From contig MELA01000099.1 of the NCBI GenBank assembly GCA_001767495.1, forward strand, positions 9,877-57,032: 47,156 bases of DNA, read 5' to 3'. Shown here piece by piece: positions 19,172-27,931 of this stretch. A model generated the notes under the pieces. The model was given only the letters and a program-made list of their open reading frames with translations. It was not told the DNA's origin and ran no database searches. Position 1 is the stretch's first letter, and each line of letters begins with the position of its first letter. The DNA is from Acidobacteria bacterium RIFCSPLOWO2_12_FULL_65_11. Lineage in GTDB: Bacteria > Acidobacteriota > Vicinamibacteria > Vicinamibacterales > CAVVIG01. A program made the position numbers and the translations under genes.

Positions 19172-19275
19172 GTAGTGTCCGGCTTCAGACGGACCGTAGG
19201 ACGCCGCAGAAACAGAAATGGCGCGCGGAGGTCATCCGCGCGCCATCCGTACGTCCGGCTGAAGCCGGACACTAC
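19172..19275. repeat. Inverted REP doublet (REPIN-like) with an internal hairpin
   Basis: GTAGTGTCCGGCTTCAGACGGAC ... ATGGCGCGCGGA-ggtca-TCCGCGCGCCAT ... GTCCGGCTGAAGCCGGACACTAC. Confidence 0.8.
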
Positions 19276-19321
19276 ATCTGAGAGAGACGCACGAGCATTC
19301 GGCGATCGTTCCGCAACAACA

Positions 19322-20830
19322 TTACGTGAACGTGACGACGCCGCTGATCGCGGTGCGGTCGGCTGCCAGCTGCAGCGCGTCGCGCGCGCGATCGAGCGGG
19401 ACCGTCTGGCCCACCAGCGACGCGGCGTCGAACCGCTTGCTCTCGATGAGCCGCACGAACTCCGGAATGTCGCGCATCGTGTTGACGCCGGCAAAATTCC
19501 CGGGGATGTGCGTCTTCATGGCGTTCGACCACTGCCCGGCGGGGAAGGTGACGGTGGTGCCCGGCGGGTGACCGACGCCGCAGGTCCTGATGACGCCACC
19601 GGAGGGGCAAATGGTCCACGCCAGCTGCAGCGTCTCAGCGCCGGTCGGATCCGGACCAGCCTCCACCTTCGGCGGGAAGCGATCGCCACCCACCGCCTCG
19701 AGCGTGTACATCGGACCGTAGGCCGCCACATTGGGACCGCGGCCTCCGGCATACGATCGCTCCATCCCGTTCTTGCAGAGCGCCCGGATCTTGGCGATGA
19801 GGTCCGCGTTGTTCACGCCCCGGTCCACGTTGGGGTCGATCACGGTCGTCGCGCCGAGCTTCATCGCCAGATCGCGCCGGTAGCGAACCGGCTCGACGAC
19901 GATGATCTGCGCGGCGCCTTGGATGCGCGCGCCCTGGACGGCGCTCAAGCCGAGAGGTCCGGCGCCCAGCACCAGGACATCGGTCCCGGCTTCGATCGGC
20001 ATCCGCCGCATCGCCAGACCCAGACCAACCGTCATCACGCACGACAGCAGCGAGAGTTCTGCAGCCGACACGCTGGTGTTGATGGGGACCGTCTGTTCTT
20101 CCCACGCGATCATCAGCTCGGAGAAGCCACCGAGCGTGCCGGTGACCGGGAGGCCGTCGGTCGTGTCGGCGACCGGGAGGTTCGGCCGGCCCGCGCCGGA
20201 GGCGCACGCATCGGCCCGTCCGTGCAGGCATAGCCAGCACTGACCGCACTGCGCGGTGACAGGCACGATCACGCGGTCGCCCACCTGGACGCGTCGAACC
20301 GCTGAACCAACCTCCTCAACGATGCCGACGCCACCGTGGCCCTGAATCGGGGCTGCGGGCGCAGCCGGCGCCCCGCCGCGGCCCGCCGGGGCAGCTCCTG
20401 CGGCAGCCGGCGCGGCACCGCGTCCACCAGCGGCAGCTCCTGCGGGGGCGGCAGCCGGCGCCGCACCGCGACCAGCCGGGGGGGCAGGAATGACCAACGC
20501 ATTGACGATGGTGTAGCAGGCCTGTGCGGCCTGGGTCCGGATGACGACCTGATGCGGCTGAATGGCCCGCAAGATGACCGACTCGACGGAGGTGTGCTGC
20601 CCCGGCCGGCGGATGAGTGCGCGAAACCTCGTGCCCGCCATGCTCCGGCCCGCAGTGCTCGCGGCGGGCGCCTGCGCCGCCGGCGCCTGGGCCAATGCCG
20701 GTCCAGCCCCGAGCAGCGTGGCGCCTCCGACAACGGCCGCTGCGCCCTGCTTGAGGACATCGCGGCGAGAGAGCGAGTGCTCCGAGGTTTCGTCGGCGGC
20801 GCCGAACTCCGAATTGTACGGATTGCTCAT
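19322..20830 (-). CDS. Tat-exported Zn-dependent alcohol dehydrogenase-like (MDR) protein
   Basis: SRRDVLK signal; ACYT, GHGGVG.V, CGQCWLCLHGRADAC, GAGPLG. Confidence 0.85.
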   Translation of the reverse strand: MSNPYNSEFGAADETSEHSLSRRDVLKQGAAAVVGGATLLGAGPALAQAPAAQAPAASTAGRSMAGTRFRALIRRPGQHTSVESVILRAIQPHQVVIRTQAAQACYTIVNALVIPAPPAGRGAAPAAAPAGAAAGGRGAAPAAAGAAPAGRGGAPAAPAAPIQGHGGVGIVEEVGSAVRRVQVGDRVIVPVTAQCGQCWLCLHGRADACASGAGRPNLPVADTTDGLPVTGTLGGFSELMIAWEEQTVPINTSVSAAELSLLSCVMTVGLGLAMRRMPIEAGTDVLVLGAGPLGLSAVQGARIQGAAQIIVVEPVRYRRDLAMKLGATTVIDPNVDRGVNNADLIAKIRALCKNGMERSYAGGRGPNVAAYGPMYTLEAVGGDRFPPKVEAGPDPTGAETLQLAWTICPSGGVIRTCGVGHPPGTTVTFPAGQWSNAMKTHIPGNFAGVNTMRDIPEFVRLIESKRFDAASLVGQTVPLDRARDALQLAADRTAISGVVTFT

Positions 20831-20877
20831 AAAGCTGTCCTTCCAGACGCGAAGTATCTGCCTGCGCGTGGGGCGTG

Positions 20878-21843
20878 TCAACGACCCTTCTTCGGCAGGC
20901 GTACCAAGTTGGCCCAGACACTGACGGTCCAGACATTGAGGTTCATCTGCACGCTGCGGCTGAAGCCGACCGAGAGATACAGAGACCGGACCGGGACGAG
21001 GTCTAGCGAGGCGCTGAAGCCGTGGTCGGCCGTCAGCGATGAGGAGCCCTCGGTGACGGCCTGCACTTCAAACGACCGCCGGCGCCGCGGCCCGAGGACC
21101 TGACCGGACGGCCCCGTTGGGGGGACAAACAGGCTGATGACCGTCTGGTCGCCCCACGGCACGGTGTCGTAGGCGGAGGCGCTGAGGGTGAGAGGCCCCC
21201 AGAGATAGATGTCCATGCCCACGTCGCCGTGCGCCAGTGTGCCGACCGTGGTGTAAGGCGTCGCGAAGGTTCGCGATCGGCCGGCACCGCCCGTGACGCG
21301 CGTGGTGTTCGTGCCTGCTCCGACGCTCGTGCCGACGCCGATATCCAGAAACGGCGTGACGCGACTGAAGCTGTGACCGACGTAATTGTTCCAGTCCCAG
21401 GTGGACTCTCCCGCGCCCAGGCCGATCGTCGAATCGCCGGTTGGCGCGGTCACAGAACCAGTCGAAAAGAAGTTGATGCGATCCGACGCGATCGCATAGG
21501 ACAGGCTCAGATACACGTCGCCCACACCGCCGTGAGACGTCGCGCCCTGCGTCGTCGTCGACGTGCCGATGTATTCGAGCGGCACGCCGAAGGCCACGCC
21601 CCATCTGTTGAAGTCGTAGCCGATGCGGGGGACGAACTGGATGAAGGCTCCCTGCCGGCTGTCGCTTACGGCGAATCTCACGCTCGCCGCAAAGCCCGAC
21701 GAGCGAGTCGAGCCCGTCGCGTCCTCCGCCACAGACTGATCTGCGCTCGCGGGCGTCGTCTGGGTGGTCTGGGCGGCGGCGCCAGCCGCGCAGACTCCCA
21801 GCCACACCAAGAATACGGCCGCGCCGATCGCGACTCTTGTCAT
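20878..21843 (-). CDS. Putative outer-membrane beta-barrel protein
   Basis: Signal peptide, alternating beta strands, GVGDVYL and APTGDS..GLGAG motifs of MetA/CoxB-like transporters. Confidence 0.55.
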   Translation of the reverse strand: MTRVAIGAAVFLVWLGVCAAGAAAQTTQTTPASADQSVAEDATGSTRSSGFAASVRFAVSDSRQGAFIQFVPRIGYDFNRWGVAFGVPLEYIGTSTTTQGATSHGGVGDVYLSLSYAIASDRINFFSTGSVTAPTGDSTIGLGAGESTWDWNNYVGHSFSRVTPFLDIGVGTSVGAGTNTTRVTGGAGRSRTFATPYTTVGTLAHGDVGMDIYLWGPLTLSASAYDTVPWGDQTVISLFVPPTGPSGQVLGPRRRRSFEVQAVTEGSSSLTADHGFSASLDLVPVRSLYLSVGFSRSVQMNLNVWTVSVWANLVRLPKKGR

Positions 21844-21894
21844 CGGCCCACAGCATACACGGACGGGATTGTCGGCGGCTCGCCTGCGAGATGG

Positions 21895-22563
21895 TCAGTC
21901 GGCTGCTTGAACGAGCGAGCGCCAAGTGAGGAAGTGGCGTCCCGCCAGGCGCGCGAGGAGGCACAGCCCGAGCACCGTGCCGATGTGCCACACGAGGACG
22001 ACCACGCTGGCATCGAGCGGATGCACCAAGCGCGACCCGAAATGGCCAAGCGCGCCTGCGGCGAGACCGCCGAGCGCCAGCGTCAGCCCGGGCGTCAGGG
22101 GAGCGCCGCGGCGCAGCATCAGGACCATGGCCACGGACGGAAGGGCGCCGGCCACGATGGTCACGACCAGGCATGGCCAATGTTCTGCGATCGCCCAGTT
22201 CTGCGGGCCGATCGCCATCCAATCCTGGACGCAGGACTGGCCGACGTTTCCCAGCCAGACGGCGAGCGGCAACAACGGCAACAGCAGGATCTTGCGTGAG
22301 TATCCGGGAATGGTTGTCGCCAGAGCCGCTGTTGCCGCTGCGACGCCAGTCAGCAGCGCGGCCATCTGTTCGACGACGAACCCACTGTCGGACAGCGTCG
22401 AGATCACGTCTCGCCGTACTGACATCGTCACAGCCACCGCTCCGACGTAGGCCAGCGACACACCACACCACGCGGCGGCACGACGCCACGGCGTCGCGAG
22501 CGGCCGCACCGGCTCGACCCCGGCCGCCAGGCGTTCAAGGATTCGATTGGTATCGGCCGTCAT
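21895..22563 (-). CDS. nrsF: NrsF-family membrane anti-sigma factor (DUF1109)
   Basis: LAAGVEPVRPL N-terminus, several TM segments, MLRRGAPLTP, VWH; overlaps the sigma stop codon. Confidence 0.8.
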   Translation of the reverse strand: MTADTNRILERLAAGVEPVRPLATPWRRAAAWCGVSLAYVGAVAVTMSVRRDVISTLSDSGFVVEQMAALLTGVAAATAALATTIPGYSRKILLLPLLPLAVWLGNVGQSCVQDWMAIGPQNWAIAEHWPCLVVTIVAGALPSVAMVLMLRRGAPLTPGLTLALGGLAAGALGHFGSRLVHPLDASVVVLVWHIGTVLGLCLLARLAGRHFLTWRSLVQAAD

Positions 22564-23120
22564 GACGTCAGCTTGTTGCGCAGCGCGGCCATCGCGCGGT
22601 GCGTGGCCACTTTGAGCGCGCCCACACTCGTCCCGCTCGCGGCTGCCGCCTCCTTGAGAGACATTTCCCGCAGCTTCAACATCTCGATCGCCTCGCGTTG
22701 CCCGGCGGGCAGCGCCTCAATCGCCTGCCGCAGGGCCTCTGGATCTCCGACCTCGGTGACGGTATTCGTCATCTCGGCGAGAAAGGTTACGTCGAGGTCC
22801 TCGACGTGAACCTCGCGCGCCGGGCCGCGGGCATAGCGGCGTGCGCCATCGGCCAGACGGTTCTTGACAATAGCCAGCAGCCACGGCATGAACGGACGCC
22901 GCGGATTGTAGGTGGCGCGGGCCGCATGGAGCGAGAGCAGGATGTCCTGAACCAGGTCCTCTACATCTTCGGCGGCCAGGAATTGTCGCTGTCGGCCGAC
23001 TATCCGACGCAGGCGTGCCGTAACGTCCTGCAGCAACTGCACGTACGCGCCGGCGTCACCCGCCTGTGCCGCCCGCATCAGCGCCGCGAGCCGGTCGTTA
23101 CTCGCACCGTGATCTATCAT
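22560..23120 (-). CDS. ECF sigma-70 factor (SigF-like)
   Basis: AQAGDAGAY, EDLVQDILLSLH..RATY.P.RPF.PWL, region 4 ALKVATHR. Confidence 0.88.
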   Translation of the reverse strand: MIDHGASNDRLAALMRAAQAGDAGAYVQLLQDVTARLRRIVGRQRQFLAAEDVEDLVQDILLSLHAARATYNPRRPFMPWLLAIVKNRLADGARRYARGPAREVHVEDLDVTFLAEMTNTVTEVGDPEALRQAIEALPAGQREAIEMLKLREMSLKEAAAASGTSVGALKVATHRAMAALRNKLTS

Positions 23121-23188
23121 GTCGAGGCCGTGCCGAACCATTCTGGCACTTGTTTGCCCAGACCCATCCCTGGCACCTGGCGCCCGCC

Positions 23189-23211
23189 GTCCGCCTGAAG
23201 GCGGACGCTAC
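23189..23211 (-). repeat. GTAG-family REP palindrome
   Basis: Minus strand GTAGCGTCCGCCTTCAGGCGGAC. Confidence 0.75.
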
Positions 23212-23222
23212 AGAGGGCTCGC

Positions 23223-23248
23223 GTAACTTTTCGGTCCGTCGCCACGAA
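23223..23248 (+). promoter_or_regulatory. SigF/NrsF-type ECF promoter
   Basis: GTAACT-N16-CGAA versus the Caulobacter SigF consensus GTAACC-N16-CGAA; upstream of the 23323 gene. Confidence 0.7.
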
Positions 23249-23322
23249 TCCAGTGGTCGTGAGCCCGAACGAGGCCCGCCATCCCGGCCGGCCTCGCCCG
23301 GCCACGTGAGGAGACGCAAGCA

Positions 23323-23709
23323 ATGATGAAGCAGTATCGCACGCGAGCCATCGCGGTGGTGGCGATCCTGGTGCTGGCAGCCGGCTCGGTCGCCGCGCAA
23401 CAGGCCACGACGGTCGAGGGGACGCTTGTCGACGCGAAGTGCTACCTCGGCGACAACACCCTGACTGGCAACGATCATGGCGCCATGAAGGGATGCGGGA
23501 CGATGTGCCTGAAAGGCGGATCGACAGCGGGCATCGTCACCAAGGACAAGCGGTTCAACGCACTCGTCGCGCCAGCCGCAGTGCTTGCCGACTACGTCGG
23601 GCAGACGGTCAGGGTCAACGGGACCCTGCATAATGGCTCCATCCTGGCCAAGAAAGTCGAGGTCAACAAAGGCGGCTCCTGGCAGGAGATCAAGCTGCCG
23701 GCGATGTGA
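23323..23709 (+). CDS. Small secreted Cys/His-containing OB-fold-like protein
   Basis: GAGGAG ribosome-binding site, signal peptide, DAKC...DHGAMKGCGTMCLKGG. Confidence 0.75.
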   Translation: MMKQYRTRAIAVVAILVLAAGSVAAQQATTVEGTLVDAKCYLGDNTLTGNDHGAMKGCGTMCLKGGSTAGIVTKDKRFNALVAPAAVLADYVGQTVRVNGTLHNGSILAKKVEVNKGGSWQEIKLPAM

Positions 23710-23748
23710 GCGCCGTAGCCGGTCGCGCACGCCTCCGGCAGGTCTAAT

Positions 23749-23789
23749 CTGGAGTGTCGGCTCGGTCCCAAACCGGGCTGGCACTCCAG
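23749..23789. terminator. Hairpin between convergent genes
   Basis: CTGGAGTGTCGGCTCGGT ... ACCGGGCTGGCACTCCAG with G-U pairs. Confidence 0.5.
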
Positions 23790-23811
23790 GGCGCGGCGCG
23801 CGCTGGCTCGG

Positions 23812-24462
23812 CTACGTCTGATGTCTGACGTCCTCGCCTTTGACCAGATAAATCACTTCCTCGCAGATGTTCACCGCGTGATCGGCGATGCGCTCGAGCG
23901 AGCGCGCCAGCAGGATGAGACTCATGCAGCGCTTGATCATCTCGGGGTCGTCGGTCCGATCGGTCAAGAGGTCCCTGAACGTCTGCCGGTTCAGCGAGTC
24001 CACCTCGTCGTCCAGCGTGACGACCTGCCCGGCTTTCTGCACGTCTTCCTGGTCGAACGCCTGAAGCGCGTCGTGCATCATCTGGCAGGTGACCTCGGTC
24101 ATCCGCGACAGGTCGTTCAGGGGGCGGGGCGGGGGATCGGACAGGAACATCTCGACGTACTCGCAGTTGTTCACCGCCTGGTCTCCGATACGCTCCAACT
24201 CCGTGTTGATGCGCACCACCATCAACAGGAATCGCAGATCTTTTGCGGTCGGTGTGTAGATGGTGATGAGGCGGATGGCTTCGCTGTCGATCGCGATCTG
24301 AAACCGATCGAGCTTTTCCTCGGCGGCCAGCACCTCCGCGATGATCGCGCGGTCGCGCGTGATGAGCGCATTCGAGGCCCAGGCCACCATGCGCTCGGCC
24401 AGCGCGCCCATCTCCATCACGCGTTGCTTGACGCCCGCCAGCTCCTGTTCAAACTTGTTCAT
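23812..24462 (-). CDS. phoU: Phosphate signalling protein PhoU
   Basis: Two ERIGD/ERIAD repeats; PTAKDLR. Confidence 0.93.
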   Translation of the reverse strand: MNKFEQELAGVKQRVMEMGALAERMVAWASNALITRDRAIIAEVLAAEEKLDRFQIAIDSEAIRLITIYTPTAKDLRFLLMVVRINTELERIGDQAVNNCEYVEMFLSDPPPRPLNDLSRMTEVTCQMMHDALQAFDQEDVQKAGQVVTLDDEVDSLNRQTFRDLLTDRTDDPEMIKRCMSLILLARSLERIADHAVNICEEVIYLVKGEDVRHQT

Positions 24463-24509
24463 GTCGGTGCTCCTCTACGTCTACGTCTCGCGCTCGTGAT
24501 GGCTCGACG

Positions 24510-25301
24510 CTAACCATAGCGGCCTTCCACGTACATTTCCGTCTCCTTGCGCGTCGGCCTCAAGAAGACGTTGACCGTCGGCCCGTGCTCGACCAACTCT
24601 CCGAGCAACATGAAGATGCACTCGTCGCTGGTGCGGCGGGCCTGCGCCATGTTGTGGGTCACGATGACGATAGTGTAGCGCCCTCGCAGCCCATCCATCA
24701 GCCGCTCAATCGCGGCCGTGCCCTCGGCGTCCAGCGCCGAGCAGGGCTCGTCCATCAGGATGACGCTCGGCTTAAGCGGGAGCAGTCGTGCGATACAGAG
24801 CTTCTGCTGCTGTTCGAGCGTCAGATGCGTCGCCCTACGGTGCAGGACGTCCTTCACATCGTCCCACAAGGCGACCTCCGTCAGCGACAATTCGACCAAC
24901 TCGTCGAGCTGACGCCGCGTCAGCGCGCGCGCGCCGGCGTGCACCCTGAGGCCGAACACGATGTTCTCGTAGATGGAGACCGGGAGCGGGTTCGGTCGCT
25001 GGAAGACCATGCCCACGGCCTTGCGCAGCTCGCCGAGGCTCACGTCCGCGTCGTAGATGTTTTTGCCCAGTATCCGGACGGTGCCCGTGGTCTTCACGTT
25101 GCCGTATCGCTCGTTGAGGCGGTTCAGACTGCGAAGAAACGTCGTCTTGCCGCAGCCCGAAGGGCCGATCAGGCCGGTCACCAACCCTTCCCGGATGTCG
25201 ACCGACACGTGCTTGAGCGCCTGGAAGTCTGCGTACCAGAGACACAGGTCCTCGACCGAGATGCTGTACCGATCGGAGGGCGCCGTCTCCGTCCCGGTCA
25301 T
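24510..25301 (-). CDS. pstB: Phosphate ABC transporter ATPase (degenerate signature motif)
   Basis: GPSGCGKT, GMVFQRPNP, LTLEQQQK, DEPCSALD, VTHNMAQARR, YVEGRYG. Confidence 0.88.
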   Translation of the reverse strand: MTGTETAPSDRYSISVEDLCLWYADFQALKHVSVDIREGLVTGLIGPSGCGKTTFLRSLNRLNERYGNVKTTGTVRILGKNIYDADVSLGELRKAVGMVFQRPNPLPVSIYENIVFGLRVHAGARALTRRQLDELVELSLTEVALWDDVKDVLHRRATHLTLEQQQKLCIARLLPLKPSVILMDEPCSALDAEGTAAIERLMDGLRGRYTIVIVTHNMAQARRTSDECIFMLLGELVEHGPTVNVFLRPTRKETEMYVEGRYG

Positions 25302-26068
25302 CCGAAGTGTCCTCGCACGTAGTCGAACGTCAGCCGTTCGGCAGGATGCTCGGAGAACACGTGTTCGGTTGGGCCCACCTCGATCAGCGTGGCGTTGTTC
25401 AGGAACGCAACGCGATCGGCGAGCCGGCGGGCCTGCTGTACGAGGTTGGTCACCAGCACGATGGTCATCTGCTGCTTGAGATCGAGAAGGACGTCCTCGA
25501 TCTTCATGGTCGTGACCGGATCGACGGCGATCGAGAACTCGTCGAGGCAGAGGATCTCCGGCCGGTGCGACAGGGCCCTGGCGATCGTCAGGCGCTGCTG
25601 TTGTCCACCGGAGAGTCGCGTGCCCAGCAACTGCATGCGGTCCTTGACCTCGTCCCACAGCGCGGCGTGCCGGAGACACGTTTCGACCAGCGCGTCCAGC
25701 TCGTCTCGACGGGTGAGACCGGCCATCCGCGGCGCGTACGCCACGTTGTCGTACACCGACAGCGGGAGGCCGACCGGGAGGGGGAACACCATGCCAATCC
25801 GGCGCCGCAGCTCGAACACGTTCGCCATCTGGTAGACGTCTTCGCCGCCGACGAGCACCTGTCCGTCGACCCGGGCGAGGGGCGCGAAGTCAATCGTGCG
25901 GTTGATGCACTTGAGCAAGGTCGTCTTGCCCGAGTTCGCCGGACCGATGATCCCGAAGATCTCATGGCGCGGGATCTCGAGCGTCACGCGATCGAGGGCG
26001 ACCTTCCGTCCGTAGCTCACCGACACGTTTCGAAACGCGATGTGCGGATCCACGGAATCGGTTACCAC
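25298..26068 (-). CDS. pstB: Phosphate ABC transporter ATPase (lacks the H-switch histidine)
   Basis: GPANSGKT, LSGGQQQRL, DEFSIAVDP, VTNL, YVRGHFG. Confidence 0.85.
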   Translation of the reverse strand: MVTDSVDPHIAFRNVSVSYGRKVALDRVTLEIPRHEIFGIIGPANSGKTTLLKCINRTIDFAPLARVDGQVLVGGEDVYQMANVFELRRRIGMVFPLPVGLPLSVYDNVAYAPRMAGLTRRDELDALVETCLRHAALWDEVKDRMQLLGTRLSGGQQQRLTIARALSHRPEILCLDEFSIAVDPVTTMKIEDVLLDLKQQMTIVLVTNLVQQARRLADRVAFLNNATLIEVGPTEHVFSEHPAERLTFDYVRGHFG

Positions 26069-27009
26069 CGCTTGCGCGAGCGCAGGTACACGCGCAAAGA
26101 AATTGAAGCGAGGTTCACACTAATGACGAGCCCGATGAGGACGACGGCCGTGCCGTACTGAAGGGCCTCCGACACGCCGGTGACCTGCGTCGAGATGGTG
26201 AACAGGTGATACGAGAGGGCCATGCAGCGGTCGAAGAGCCCGTAGGGAAAGAACGAGGCGAGTCCCCGATCGGGCACCGCGACGTAGAACACCGCGCCGG
26301 TGAACAGGATCGGGGCCGTTTCGCCCGCCGCCCGGGACACTTGCAGGATGACGCCGGTCAAGATGCCGCTCGTCGCGTTCGGCAGCACGATCGTGCGGAT
26401 CGTCTGCCAGCGGCTCGCACCCATGTTCCAGCACGCTTCGCGAAACGACTGCGGGACCGCCGCCAGGGCCTCCTTGGTGCTCGTGATGATGACCGGCAGC
26501 GTCATGACGGCCAACGTGAGCGAGGCGGCCAGGACGGAGCGGCCGATGCCGGCGAACAGCACGAAGGCGCCGACACCAAAGAGCGCGTGGACGATGCTCG
26601 GCACGCCCGCGAGGTTGACGACGGCAAGGGTGACGAGTCGCGTCGTCCAGTTCTCGCCGGCGTACTCGTTGAGGTAGACGCCTGCCAGTACCCCGATGGG
26701 TGCGGCGACCGCCAGCGAGATGAAGACGAGGTAGAACGTGCCGATGAGTGGCGCCCAGATCCCGCCCGCCGTCATGTACGTCTGCGGGTTCTGTGTGATG
26801 AAGGCCCACGACAGCACGGGCCACGCCTTCGCGACCAGGGTGGCCAGGATGGCGATCAAGGGCAGGACGAGCAGCACGGTGAGGCTTCCCAGTAGCCACG
26901 CGACCAGGCGCTCGACGAGTGCCTTGCGACGCTCCACCGGGCCGGCCGCGAACCGGCCGATCGCGTCGCCAGCGCCAGGGCCCGTGGTCGTGGCGGCGTC
27001 CCTAGCCAT
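26062..27009 (-). CDS. pstA: Phosphate ABC transporter permease PstA
   Basis: LAGVPSIV, SRAAGETAPI. Confidence 0.92.
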   Translation of the reverse strand: MARDAATTTGPGAGDAIGRFAAGPVERRKALVERLVAWLLGSLTVLLVLPLIAILATLVAKAWPVLSWAFITQNPQTYMTAGGIWAPLIGTFYLVFISLAVAAPIGVLAGVYLNEYAGENWTTRLVTLAVVNLAGVPSIVHALFGVGAFVLFAGIGRSVLAASLTLAVMTLPVIITSTKEALAAVPQSFREACWNMGASRWQTIRTIVLPNATSGILTGVILQVSRAAGETAPILFTGAVFYVAVPDRGLASFFPYGLFDRCMALSYHLFTISTQVTGVSEALQYGTAVVLIGLVISVNLASISLRVYLRSRKRW

Positions 27010-27910
27010 TCTGCTTTCCACGCACGCCCTTGACCACGAGGTCCGCGGTCAAGTTGACGAGAAAGGCCATGAGCATCAGCAGCGTGCCGATGACGAACAG
27101 CACGCGGTAGTGATCGCCGCCCTCGACGGTCTCTCCCAGTTCGGCGGCGATCGTGGCGGTCAGCGTGCGGACCGGATCGAGCAGGCTGTGTGGAATCTGG
27201 ACGGCGTGCCCGGTAGCCATCAGCACGGCCATGGTCTCGCCGACGGACCGTCCGATGCCGAGAAGGGCCGCCGCGAGAAGACCGTTCTTGGCCGCCGGCA
27301 ACAGCACCTTGTAGACCACCTGCCAGCGGCTGGCGCCGAGCGCGATGGCGGCCTCGCGATACGTGTCGGGCACGGCTTTGAGCGCATCCTCGCCGACCGA
27401 CATGATGATCGGGACGCTCATGAGCGCCAGGATGATTCCACCGTTGAGGATATTGATGCCGATAGGCGCGCCAGTGACCGCGATCAAGACGGGGTTCAAC
27501 ACCATGTAGCCGATGAAGCCCCAGACGACCGATGGAATGGCCGCGAGCAGCTCGATGACGATCTTGAGGGTCTCGCGGACGCGCGGAGGGCAGAACTCGG
27601 ACACAAAGATTGCCGCGCCGAGCCCGGCGGGCACCGAGAGCAGCATCGCCAGCGCGGTGACCGAGGCAGTGCCGGCCAAAAGTGCCAGGACGCCATACTG
27701 AGCCTGAATCCGGGAATCGGGCCGCCAGTTCACGCTCGTGAAGAATTCCCCCAGGTCGAGCGCGCCGAAGAGCATCGGGGCGCCCTCCCGGAAGACGAAG
27801 AAGAAGATCGCGAAGACGAAGAAAATCGCGCTCCACCCACAGAGGCGGATGATCGCCTCCACCAGTGGCTCCGCGAGACGACTCAGGCGGAGGGCTGCGG
27901 CGTGACGCAT
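27002..27910 (-). CDS. pstC: Phosphate ABC transporter permease PstC
   Basis: ELLAAIPSVVWG, GRSVGETMAV. Confidence 0.92.
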   Translation of the reverse strand: MRHAAALRLSRLAEPLVEAIIRLCGWSAIFFVFAIFFFVFREGAPMLFGALDLGEFFTSVNWRPDSRIQAQYGVLALLAGTASVTALAMLLSVPAGLGAAIFVSEFCPPRVRETLKIVIELLAAIPSVVWGFIGYMVLNPVLIAVTGAPIGINILNGGIILALMSVPIIMSVGEDALKAVPDTYREAAIALGASRWQVVYKVLLPAAKNGLLAAALLGIGRSVGETMAVLMATGHAVQIPHSLLDPVRTLTATIAAELGETVEGGDHYRVLFVIGTLLMLMAFLVNLTADLVVKGVRGKQNG

Positions 27911-27931
27911 GAAGCGGCCTGGGCTCGACGG

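Noticed and set aside
23143-23185. Repeated CTGGCAC motif as a sigma-54 promoter or mobile repeat
   Set aside because: No properly spaced TTGC at -12 and only two short copies; insufficient support.
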